Source: a virus (Duplodnaviria > Heunggongvirae > Uroviricota > Caudoviricetes). From it: a stretch of DNA of 20,158 bases. Both the position numbers and the translations under genes were made by a program. Under the pieces are notes generated by a model, which had not been told where the DNA came from, did not search any database, and saw only the letters and a list, made by a program, of their open reading frames with translations. Shown here piece by piece: positions 1 to 7,943 of the stretch (the first letter of the stretch is position 1; each line of letters opens with the position of its first letter). The stretch is taken from IMG/VR virus record IMGVR_UViG_3300031760_000027, positions 1 to 20,158 of that record; one strand, given 5' to 3'.

Positions 1-2
1 TT

Positions 3-830
3 GAAACTGGATTCCATGATAATGAATTTTTCAACGACTATGTAGAATATAGAAATATCGCCGCAGGTGATGATGTAGAGTTCTGGACAGATGAAAAGAT
101 TGTTCTGTCTATTGCTCGTGTTAGCGGTGCGCATCACGACTTTATTCTTCAGAGACCTGCTGAAGGTCAGCCTTATACAATTCCGCTTTCCAGATATGGT
201 GCGGCTGTAGGTGCTGATATTGACCGTTATCTTGTTGGTCAAGAAGATTGGGCAACTCTGGTTGGTATGATTGGTAAAGCGTTTACTATTAAAATCCAAA
301 ATGAGATTTTCTCTCAGATGATGAATGCTTATCAGCAAATTACTCCTCAACAGCAGTTTGTTGGTACAGGTACTCTTGCGGCTAATACAAAAGATGCTTT
401 CGACCAAATTATTGCTAATGTTCAGATGGCAAATGAAGCTCCTGTAGTTATTATGGGTACTAAACTTGCTCTGAAGAAAATTAATGCTCTTTCTGATGTC
501 GATTGGAGAGCAGAAATTCAAAAAGAAGATGTGGCTCGTATGGGTAGACTTGGTTCTTATGAGGGAACTACTCTGTTTGAACTTCCTCAAAGATTTGAAC
601 TTAATGATATTACGAGGACACTGGTTAGAGATGACCTTCTGTTAATTATGCCTGCTGTTGATAATAAGTTCGTTAAGTTTATTGACCAAGGTGAAACTGA
701 AATTGATGAAATCACTCAAAAGGGTGAAGAACATGGCAGAATTGATGATGTCATGAAGCATGAAGTTCAGAGAAGCTTCGGTGTAGCTGTTCAGATTGGA
801 CGTTATTTCGGTGCTTGGACTCTTGCATAA
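3..830 (+). CDS. Major capsid protein, 3' part (5' end lies outside the window)
   Basis: The frame of the 267..830 ORF is open back to position 3 (ETGFHDNEFFNDYVEYRNIAAGDDVEFWTDEKIVLSIARVSGAHHDFILQR...), so the 267 ATG is internal. Codon use is GC-richer and typical of highly expressed genes (GGT, GCT, CTG). The C-terminus ...KHEVQRSFGVAVQIGRYFGAWTLA and the position ahead of head-completion and tail genes fit capsid proteins of large Firmicute siphoviruses. Confidence 0.8.
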   Translation, partial: ETGFHDNEFFNDYVEYRNIAAGDDVEFWTDEKIVLSIARVSGAHHDFILQRPAEGQPYTIPLSRYGAAVGADIDRYLVGQEDWATLVGMIGKAFTIKIQNEIFSQMMNAYQQITPQQQFVGTGTLAANTKDAFDQIIANVQMANEAPVVIMGTKLALKKINALSDVDWRAEIQKEDVARMGRLGSYEGTTLFELPQRFELNDITRTLVRDDLLLIMPAVDNKFVKFIDQGETEIDEITQKGEEHGRIDDVMKHEVQRSFGVAVQIGRYFGAWTLA

Positions 831-863
831 TTTTAAATTATTGATTAAAAAGGAGAAAATTTT

Positions 864-1463
864 ATGGCACGTTCAATGAAAACAAAAACAACTGCTAAAA
901 AAGTTGAGACACAAAATATTCAGGATTTAGAAGAAGAAATGATTGTTCCTGAAAAAGAAAATCAAGAGGAAGTTGAGATTAAAGAGATTCCTAAAAAAAG
1001 GACTTTCGGGAAAGAAGATTTAATTCCATGCCATTCTATTATGATTGGAAAAACTTTTGTTACTGGAATTAAATCAGGTAATACTTATGTTTTTGAAACT
1101 ATGGGTGCGGAAACAGAAATTGAATATCAAGATTTAGTTGCATTAGTTAATACTAATTCTTCTTTTCTTTTTAAACCTTTTATTATTGTAGACGATGATG
1201 ATTTCATTAATCAAAGTCCTAAATTAAAAAAATATTATGATGGTATGTATTCAATAGATGATTTAGCAGAAATTTTCCGTCTTCCTTATAATAAGATTCC
1301 TAGTGAACTTGACAGACTCCCTGAAGGAGCAAAGCAATCTATAAAATCTTTAGCTTCTGAATATATTGCTAAAGGAAAACTTGATAGTGTTAAAGTGATT
1401 AAAGCACTTGATGATTATTTCGGCACTCAACTTATGTTACTTACGGGACTATATGATAATTAA
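864..1463 (+). CDS. Conserved phage protein following the capsid gene (possible head-associated protein)
   Basis: RBS AAAGGAG upstream. Lys-rich then Glu-rich N-terminus, followed by a core (KSGNTYVFETMGAETEIEYQDLVAL) resembling the protein encoded after the capsid gene in similar phages. Function not determinable. Confidence 0.6.
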   Translation: MARSMKTKTTAKKVETQNIQDLEEEMIVPEKENQEEVEIKEIPKKRTFGKEDLIPCHSIMIGKTFVTGIKSGNTYVFETMGAETEIEYQDLVALVNTNSSFLFKPFIIVDDDDFINQSPKLKKYYDGMYSIDDLAEIFRLPYNKIPSELDRLPEGAKQSIKSLASEYIAKGKLDSVKVIKALDDYFGTQLMLLTGLYDN

Positions 1464-1477
1464 TTAGGAGGTAAATT

Positions 1478-2002
1478 ATGCTTTCTATTAGTTATGAAGA
1501 AATCTTTTCAAGATTCTATACCAAAGTAGAAGCATATGACCTTATGACTTTATACAATGACGTAACAATGCAGAATGTAACCTTATGCAGTTGGTTACAT
1601 TCTGCTATATCTGCTCCTTACGTCTATAGATTATTTTCTGCTATTATTCTTCCCAAAGAAGATAATATAGTAGAATTAAGTGATAATGATAATGTTATTG
1701 AATTTGAATTAAATCGTTCAATTGATGATTATTCAGATAAAAATTTTATCATAGAAATATTATCATATGGAATTGCTCTAGCTTGGATTGAACCTAAAGT
1801 TAATTCATTAACAAATATAAGTCAAATGTTTGGGAGTTCTGCTGAAAAATGGTATTCTCAAAGTATGCACTTAAATGAAATTAGAAGTTTAAGAGATGAC
1901 TTATATAATAAACAACGCTCTTTAATTAGAGACCGTGGTTATAGTTCTAATGATTATCTTGATGGTGCAAGTGCAAGTTCTACTTTGAGAGGAAGTACAT
2001 AA
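1478..2002 (+). CDS. Putative head-tail connector/adaptor protein
   Basis: RBS AGGAGG at about 1466-1471. 174 aa, mostly helical, with motif EILSYGIALAWIEPKVNS...SQSMHLNEIRSL. Position between capsid and tail genes. Confidence 0.55.
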   Translation: MLSISYEEIFSRFYTKVEAYDLMTLYNDVTMQNVTLCSWLHSAISAPYVYRLFSAIILPKEDNIVELSDNDNVIEFELNRSIDDYSDKNFIIEILSYGIALAWIEPKVNSLTNISQMFGSSAEKWYSQSMHLNEIRSLRDDLYNKQRSLIRDRGYSSNDYLDGASASSTLRGST

Positions 2003-2003
2003 T

Positions 2004-2333
2004 ATGAAAACTATTTATGGTACTTTTTCAGAAGAACAAATGGAGCAATACAAAAAACAACTGCATAATAAAATGTTTTGGATGTTATTATATAAAGACC
2101 CTAAAACATCTGATAAATATTCTGATGTAAATTTTGATAAATATTTTATTAATTTAATGAGAGAAATTGATGGTCTAAATAAAATATTAAATTATCCTTG
2201 TGAAATTGTAGGTATAATGTCTATGCTTGAAGCCGCTAATACAGAAGCTTCAAAAAAAGATTTTGATTATTCTGCTTATAGAAAACTTGTATTAGATGCA
2301 CATAACCTTGTTGATAAAATCAATAGGGGGTGA
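2004..2333 (+). CDS. Hypothetical phage protein (head-completion region)
   Basis: 109-aa ORF starting 1 nt after the previous stop; its end overlaps the RBS of the next gene (translational coupling). Confidence 0.6.
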   Translation: MKTIYGTFSEEQMEQYKKQLHNKMFWMLLYKDPKTSDKYSDVNFDKYFINLMREIDGLNKILNYPCEIVGIMSMLEAANTEASKKDFDYSAYRKLVLDAHNLVDKINRG

Positions 2334-2338
2334 TTATT

Positions 2339-3574
2339 ATGGGTATTATTACTTTAGAAGATTATAAGAATGCTTTACTGAATAGAGGTAAAAATTTATC
2401 TGAGGTAAGAAAAACACAAGCAGATATGATAATGAATGTAACTTTCACTGGAGATATAGGATATAAAAAAGTATATATTTTAGATAAAGATACAGGTTGG
2501 AATTATGTTGATGCCAAATATGGAAAACATGCTTCTTATTCAATTTTAAAAGATGCTGTAGATAGTTATTTAGAATTTCGACCTCATGTGCATTATCCAG
2601 TAGGTACTTATGTATTTATTCCTGATGATGATAGTCCTGATATTGGTTTTCATGATTATCAACCTGATGACCCTTTCCAAGACCCTAATTTTAATGTAAA
2701 TAAATTATGGATGATTGTGGGTAGAGATGATGCAACTCAATTTATTAGATATAATATTATCAGGTGTAATTGGAACTTTAGATGGGTATATAAAGTACAC
2801 GGTGAAATGAAAATTTTACATGTATGGGGAAGTGTTAGGAATGCTAATAGTTATACGAGTGGTGTTTGGAGAGCCGATTATATGACTCAGCTTGACCAAG
2901 TTACTAATGGTTGGATGCCTGATACTTACCAATTATACGGAGATAAATTATATGATTATAATTTATGTGATTCCAGATATATCCAACATGACGAGCGTTT
3001 TATGATTACAAATAATATTATAAATCCTAAAGTCTATCAAGTCACTAAAGTACAAGATTTAGTGCCTTTAGGTATGATAAAAATGACATTCAAACAAACA
3101 GAAGTTGATAAAACTGTTGACAATATAGATTTACTTTTGTGCAACTATTATAATCGTATGGGCGAAGTAAGGTTAAAAGAACCAATAGATATATCTGTAG
3201 AAAATAGGACTTCTATCATTTATCATGCTATAATAAATGATAATATGGAACTTGAAAAAGATGAGAATATTGTAGATACAATAAATATTTCAATGGGAGA
3301 TATTTATTATTTTGTAGCTGAATTTACAGAAGATGATATTATTATGGATAATGTTGAGACAGAATGGAGAGTTACTTTAATAGATGAAGAAAATACTTAT
3401 GATGTTTTAACAAAAGAATATATTGAAAATCTTATTAAAATTATAAAATATGATTATAATACTATTGCTATAAAAGTTGGAAAATCTAAAAAATTATCGG
3501 GTAATAGTTTTATATTATCTGTGAAAGATAAAGATGGATATTATACCGCTTCTGTAAAATTGGAGGTGGAATAA
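2339..3574 (+). CDS. Putative head-closure/neck protein with C-terminal Ig-like domain
   Basis: The likely start is ATG 2339 (GGGGGTG RBS at about 2326-2332) rather than GTG 2330. Beta-rich N-terminal region; the last ~130 aa show an alternating beta-strand pattern (TINISMGDIYYFVAEF...EWRVTL...GNSFILSVKD...ASVKLEVE). Position in the neck module. Confidence 0.5.
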   Translation: MGIITLEDYKNALLNRGKNLSEVRKTQADMIMNVTFTGDIGYKKVYILDKDTGWNYVDAKYGKHASYSILKDAVDSYLEFRPHVHYPVGTYVFIPDDDSPDIGFHDYQPDDPFQDPNFNVNKLWMIVGRDDATQFIRYNIIRCNWNFRWVYKVHGEMKILHVWGSVRNANSYTSGVWRADYMTQLDQVTNGWMPDTYQLYGDKLYDYNLCDSRYIQHDERFMITNNIINPKVYQVTKVQDLVPLGMIKMTFKQTEVDKTVDNIDLLLCNYYNRMGEVRLKEPIDISVENRTSIIYHAIINDNMELEKDENIVDTINISMGDIYYFVAEFTEDDIIMDNVETEWRVTLIDEENTYDVLTKEYIENLIKIIKYDYNTIAIKVGKSKKLSGNSFILSVKDKDGYYTASVKLEVE

Positions 3575-3575
3575 T

Positions 3576-4190
3576 ATGCAAAGAGATATAAAAGAAATTG
3601 AAAGGGTTTTAGACGAATACAGTAATAATGATATTGTTTTAAAAAAACAAATATTAAAAGAAATGTTCGAACAAGACCCTGACTTATTAGAAATCTTAGG
3701 GAATTTTGAACCTAGACCTTTAAATAAATATAAAGATGCAGAAAATCCCACTGAAGAAGAACTTCAAAAAAGGCAAGAAATTATGGATTATAATGAATCC
3801 ATAAAACATGATAAAATAGTCCCTTATTTAAAATTAAATGATACTCAAACGGAAGTAATTAATTATATTGCTTTTGATATTGATGACACTGGAACCAGTT
3901 ATTATAATGATACTGTTAAAAATCAAGAAATTATAATTATGTGTTTAGTGCATGAAAATAATATGAAAACCGAATATGATGTTGCCAGAACTGACTTATT
4001 GGCTTATATTATTACTGATTTATTAAATTGGAGTAATGTATTAGGTTTTCAAATTCATTTAATAGAAAGTAGACCTATGATAATTGATGCAAAGTATTAT
4101 TGTAGAAGATTAAAATTTTTAGGTACTGTACCTAATGTAAATAAGGGACACATGGGAAGAAATAATAAGTATGACAGATTCAAAATTTAA
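3576..4190 (+). CDS. Putative tail-completion/terminator-like protein
   Basis: RBS GGAGGTG inside the end of the previous gene. Motif IIIMCLVHE...RTDLLAYIITDLLNWS resembles tail terminator-type proteins. Positional inference. Confidence 0.45.
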   Translation: MQRDIKEIERVLDEYSNNDIVLKKQILKEMFEQDPDLLEILGNFEPRPLNKYKDAENPTEEELQKRQEIMDYNESIKHDKIVPYLKLNDTQTEVINYIAFDIDDTGTSYYNDTVKNQEIIIMCLVHENNMKTEYDVARTDLLAYIITDLLNWSNVLGFQIHLIESRPMIIDAKYYCRRLKFLGTVPNVNKGHMGRNNKYDRFKI

Positions 4191-5022
4191 ATTATCTGAA
4201 TTACAATTATTTTTTGGAGAGCCTTTAGAATATAATGGGATTAAAATGTATCAACCAACTATAGGGGATATTTTAGAATATGATAAAAAATTTGGGGAAT
4301 CTGAATTTTGGCGCATGTTGAATGTTTTTATAGGAAATCCAACTATGTATAGATTAATGCTTTGGGATTTAGGCATAGATTGGAATGAAATTTCAGATTT
4401 TGAATTATTTATCAGTTTAGTAAAAAATCTAGAACAACCAATGACAGAAATAATATTTGGAGATTTAGATTTTACAAAATTTGAGATTTATACAAAACAA
4501 TTGCCCCCTACAATTCAAATTAATGAAGAGACAGGAGAGGAAGAAATTATTCTTTCTGAACCTGTAAGAATTTTATATAAACCCGTTTTATTAGATGAAG
4601 AAACAGAAACAGAATTAGAGCCAGAAATAGAAATAAATGAAGATATTTATAATGTAATAGCTTTATATTATAGAACTATTTTTAATATTTTTCCTAAAGT
4701 TGAAAAAGCTAAAGGGAAAACTACAAAAAAATGGATTATAGAAGAAGATAGAATGAATTATAATTTACATAAAAATGATAGTTCTACTTCTATGTTTCTT
4801 CCTTTAATTTCTTCATGTTTAAATCATTCTGGTTTTAAATATAAGAAGAAAGAATTAAAAAACGTTGGTATATATGAATTTATGGATAGTGTTCAAAGAT
4901 TGCAAATTTATGAACAGTCTACAGCCTTATTAAAAGGTGCGTATTCTGGATTTATGGATAGTAGTAAAATACCTACGGAGCAATTTAATTTTATGCGAGA
5001 AATTTCACATAATAATAAATAA
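4171..5022 (+). CDS. Conserved phage tail-region protein (unknown function)
   Basis: 283 aa, overlapping the previous gene by 20 nt. N-terminal LFFGEPLEYNGIKMYQPTIGDILEY motif. Sits immediately before the major tail gene. Confidence 0.55.
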   Translation: MTDSKFKLSELQLFFGEPLEYNGIKMYQPTIGDILEYDKKFGESEFWRMLNVFIGNPTMYRLMLWDLGIDWNEISDFELFISLVKNLEQPMTEIIFGDLDFTKFEIYTKQLPPTIQINEETGEEEIILSEPVRILYKPVLLDEETETELEPEIEINEDIYNVIALYYRTIFNIFPKVEKAKGKTTKKWIIEEDRMNYNLHKNDSSTSMFLPLISSCLNHSGFKYKKKELKNVGIYEFMDSVQRLQIYEQSTALLKGAYSGFMDSSKIPTEQFNFMREISHNNK

Positions 5023-5058
5023 AATAATTATAAAATTTTAATGAAAGGAGATAACGAT

Positions 5059-5847
5059 ATGTCTTTCAAATTAGGAGATTTTATTGTTGATAGAATCCAG
5101 ATGGCTACAGCGGAAACTACAGATGGTTCTGAACTGCTGTATGTTCTGACACAGCTTTCTGACGCTTCTATTGAAGTTACTGCGGAATCTAAAGATGCTG
5201 TTGATGCTGAAGGTAACTTAATTAAGAGATTCTGGCAAGCAAAAACAGGTACATTCACAGCTACCAATGCTATGCTTAACCTGAATGTTCTTGGAGCGAA
5301 ATCTGGTAATGACCCTTATATGGCTACTAATGATAATATTATTAATATGCCTAAGATTGTTGTGACTAAAGCCTCTGATAAAACTGTTAACATCCCTGAT
5401 GCTGTTACTGGTTCTATTGTAGTTAATGCTTTTACTAATGATGGTTCTCTTGGTAAAGCTTATACAATTGGTTCTGCGGCTAGTGAAACAGAATTTGCTG
5501 TTTCTGGTACAACTCTGACTCTGCCTACAGATACTTCTAATACTGAAAAGTATATTATTAAGTATGAAAGAAAGGTTAGTGATGGTGTTCGTATTGTTAA
5601 TACAGCAGGTAACTATCCTAAGACTGTTAAACTGACACTTAAAGCTGTTGGTGTAACTCCTTGTGAGCCTGATGTACTGACTGCGCTTTATATTGTCCTT
5701 CCTTCCTTCCAACCTAGCCCTGAAACCACTATTAATCTGACAACTGATGGTCAGCTTGACTTTAATGGTGATTTACAGATTGGTTACTGTGGTGATGAAA
5801 AGGTTCTGTATGAAATCTTTGCCGCCGCTGATGACGAAGAAGAGTAA
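5059..5847 (+). CDS. Major tail (tube) protein
   Basis: RBS AAAGGAG at 5044-5050 favours ATG 5059 over 5041 (262 aa). Thr/Ala/Val-rich beta protein with the same highly expressed codon bias as the capsid gene. Followed by an intrinsic terminator. Ends ...TTDGQLDFNGDLQIGYCGDEKVLYEI. Confidence 0.75.
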   Translation: MSFKLGDFIVDRIQMATAETTDGSELLYVLTQLSDASIEVTAESKDAVDAEGNLIKRFWQAKTGTFTATNAMLNLNVLGAKSGNDPYMATNDNIINMPKIVVTKASDKTVNIPDAVTGSIVVNAFTNDGSLGKAYTIGSAASETEFAVSGTTLTLPTDTSNTEKYIIKYERKVSDGVRIVNTAGNYPKTVKLTLKAVGVTPCEPDVLTALYIVLPSFQPSPETTINLTTDGQLDFNGDLQIGYCGDEKVLYEIFAAADDEEE

Positions 5848-5868
5848 TTTTTAATTTAATTTTAATTA

Positions 5869-5902
5869 GGGAAAGTGGGCTTCAAAACCCACTTTCTTTT
5901 TT
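5869..5902 (+). terminator. Rho-independent terminator after the major tail gene
   Basis: Stem GAAAGTGGG (5871-5879) / CCCACTTTC (5888-5896), 8-nt loop CTTCAAAA, then a T run at 5897-5902. Confidence 0.85.
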
Positions 5903-5906
5903 CTAT

Positions 5907-5924
5907 AGCCATAATATTATGGCT
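5907..5924. promoter_or_regulatory. Perfect 18-bp palindrome (operator or second hairpin)
   Basis: AGCCATAATATTATGGCT is its own reverse complement. It lies between the terminator and the RBS of the 5965 gene. Confidence 0.45.
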
Positions 5925-5964
5925 TTATTTTAATTTTATATGAATTACAAGGAGAAATAATATT

Positions 5965-6447
5965 ATGGGGAAATATAAGAAAACATGTTTACTATGTAAA
6001 AATGAATATAAATATTGTTCAGGATGCTCTAAGTTTAAACATCTTCCAATTTATATGACTATTTTTTGTAGTGAAAATTGTAAAACAATTTATGAAGTAA
6101 TGAATAATTATGAAAGTGGTATTATTGATATAGATACTGCCAAAAAACAATTGGACGAATTAGATACTTCAAGGCATATGTATTATACAAAATCTTTTGC
6201 TAATACATATAATAAAATTTATGGAATCATGAATGAAACGGATGAAGATATTGAAAAAGAAGTAGATAGTAAAACAGATGATTTATCTTCAGTTACTATA
6301 GATAATGTAGTAGTAGATGAAATTGCTTCTAAAACAATTTCTGATGTAATTGAGAATAATACTATTTCTACAGATGAAATATCAGATAATATTGATAAAG
6401 TATCTCAGGCTTCTACTTTTAAAAAGAAGTATAAAAAAAATAAATAA
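5965..6447 (+). CDS. Cys-rich putative Zn-binding protein
   Basis: RBS AAGGAG. N-terminal CLLC-x6-CSGC-x12-FCSENC (six Cys), acidic low-complexity C-terminal half and basic tail KKKYKKNK. Confidence 0.65.
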   Translation: MGKYKKTCLLCKNEYKYCSGCSKFKHLPIYMTIFCSENCKTIYEVMNNYESGIIDIDTAKKQLDELDTSRHMYYTKSFANTYNKIYGIMNETDEDIEKEVDSKTDDLSSVTIDNVVVDEIASKTISDVIENNTISTDEISDNIDKVSQASTFKKKYKKNK

Positions 6448-6498
6448 TTTTTAGTATTGCATATTAATTTAATGCGTTGAATAGTGATTTTAATATAT

Positions 6499-6539
6499 GG
6501 GGAGTATAGCCTACTATTCAAGGCTATACTCCCTTTTTT
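6499..6539 (+). terminator. Strong intrinsic terminator with a loop complementary to upstream sequence
   Basis: GGGAGTATAGCC (6500-6511) / GGCTATACTCCC (6522-6533) form a perfect 12-bp stem around loop TACTATTCAA, followed by TTTTTT (6534-6539). Confidence 0.85.
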
Positions 6540-6554
6540 GTTTTAGGAGGAAAA

Positions 6555-6776
6555 ATGAAAATTGAATCTAATATAAGCAATAAAATTTATCATCCAAGTG
6601 AAGTTGTAAGAATTGTTAATTTACGACAACTTTTAATGTATATTAAACATCATGTTTATCCTATAGATTTATATACTAGTTTAGATGATTATGATAGGGA
6701 TGTGTTAGTAGGGGTATTTTTAAAAAAAGATACAGAAGAAGTATATGAACAATGGTGCAATCATAAATTGAGGTAA
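6555..6776 (+). CDS. Small conserved phage protein (resembles DUF5659-type proteins; unverified)
   Basis: RBS AGGAGG at 6545-6550. 73 aa with pattern IVNLRQLLMYIKHHVYPIDLY...VGVFLKKDTEEVYEQW, recalled as DUF5659-like and not checked by search. Confidence 0.55.
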   Translation: MKIESNISNKIYHPSEVVRIVNLRQLLMYIKHHVYPIDLYTSLDDYDRDVLVGVFLKKDTEEVYEQWCNHKLR

Positions 6777-6782
6777 TAAATT

Positions 6783-7262
6783 ATGGAGTGTAAATTAATG
6801 TCAATAGATTCTTCTACTAATGCTACAGGATATGCTTTTTTTATAAATGGAGTTCTTAAATCTTATTCTACATGTGATTATAGTTATATAAAAAATACGC
6901 AAAAAAGAATTGATAATATGATACTATTTATATGTGAAATGATTGAAAATGAACGTCCAGACATTGTAGTAACAGAATTAACTGTTGTAAATAGAAATGC
7001 TGAAGCACAACGAAATCTTACAATAATACTTGGGGCTATACGTTATAAATGCTTAGAATTAAAAATTGAATATCATTCTTTAAGACCCACGGAATGGAGA
7101 AAATTAATAAAAAATAAAGATGAAAAAATTCCAAGAAAAAGAGAAGAATTAAAAAAATGGTCTATAAATAAAATAAAAGAAAATTATAATATAGAAACTC
7201 ATTCAGATGATTTATCTGATGCTATATTAATTGGTCAAGGATATATTAATAGTTTTAATTAA
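6783..7262 (+). CDS. ruvC: RuvC-like Holliday junction resolvase
   Basis: RNase H-fold motifs: SIDSSTNATGYA (catalytic Asp), PDIVVTE (Glu), LRPTEWRK, and C-terminal DDLSDAILIG (two Asp), matching the RuvC family layout. Confidence 0.8.
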   Translation: MECKLMSIDSSTNATGYAFFINGVLKSYSTCDYSYIKNTQKRIDNMILFICEMIENERPDIVVTELTVVNRNAEAQRNLTIILGAIRYKCLELKIEYHSLRPTEWRKLIKNKDEKIPRKREELKKWSINKIKENYNIETHSDDLSDAILIGQGYINSFN

Positions 7263-7284
7263 TTAGAATAAAAAGGAGTATATT

Positions 7285-7929
7285 ATGGGTGAAGAAAAAA
7301 TTGTTGATACAAATCAAATTTTAAATATAAATGAGAATAAAGAAAATCAAGAAGATAATTTAACTTCTTGGGGCGAAAAGAAAATTGAACTTGATTGGCT
7401 TATTTCTAAATATAATAGTTTTAAAAGCGATGAAGCTAAAAGGGTCTTTTTAGAAAAGACTATAAAAACTGTAACATATACTAATTTTGAAGTTGTATGT
7501 GGCTATGCAGATATTATTGTAGCACAATCTATGTTCAATAAAAATGGAGATATATTAGTAGATTCTTGTAAAAAATATTTGTTATATCTTTATACTTTAA
7601 TTGCTTTTTATACTAATATTAATGTTCATGCTAATAGTTGGACTAAAGAGTTTAATTCAATTTGTAGATATGGATTATTAGATAAAATAATTAAAGCTAT
7701 ACCAGAATCTGAAGTGGCAACTTTAGACGCTGTTCTTGAGATGAAAGTTGGAGATGCAAATATAAATTATTATAATATACAAAATTGGCTTACTAAAAAA
7801 TTAGGGGATTTTTATCCTTATATAGCTAAAAGTCTTGACAGTTTATTAGGGACTTTAGAACAATCTTTAACTAATTTAGATGAAGATAAGATTACACAAA
7901 TGTTAAAAGATATAATAAATAATAAATAA
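7285..7929 (+). CDS. Hypothetical protein upstream of the tape measure gene (candidate tail assembly chaperone)
   Basis: RBS AAAGGAG. 214 aa, helical. Position near the TMP suggests a chaperone, but there is no diagnostic motif. Confidence 0.5.
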   Translation: MGEEKIVDTNQILNINENKENQEDNLTSWGEKKIELDWLISKYNSFKSDEAKRVFLEKTIKTVTYTNFEVVCGYADIIVAQSMFNKNGDILVDSCKKYLLYLYTLIAFYTNINVHANSWTKEFNSICRYGLLDKIIKAIPESEVATLDAVLEMKVGDANINYYNIQNWLTKKLGDFYPYIAKSLDSLLGTLEQSLTNLDEDKITQMLKDIINNK

Positions 7930-7943
7930 AAGGAGGATATGAC

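Noticed and set aside
3515-3751. Minus-strand 78-aa ORF
   Set aside because: Antisense shadow of well-supported + strand genes, with no RBS or recognisable motif.
5017-5061. The 283-aa gene and the tail tube gene are in frame, separated by one TAA (possible readthrough fusion)
   Set aside because: The tail gene has its own strong RBS, TAA is the least leaky stop, and in-frame spacing over such a short gap is easily chance.
5028-5712. Minus-strand ORFs 5028-5267 and 5218-5712
   Set aside because: They lie opposite the major tail gene, whose biased codon usage produces stop-poor antisense frames; Ser/Ile/Arg-rich composition is typical of shadows.
6430-6454. A8 slippery run at the end of the Zn-protein gene upstream of RNA structure (programmed frameshift)
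   Set aside because: The -1 frame hits TAA at 6441 and the +1 frame hits TAG at 6452, so no extended product is possible.
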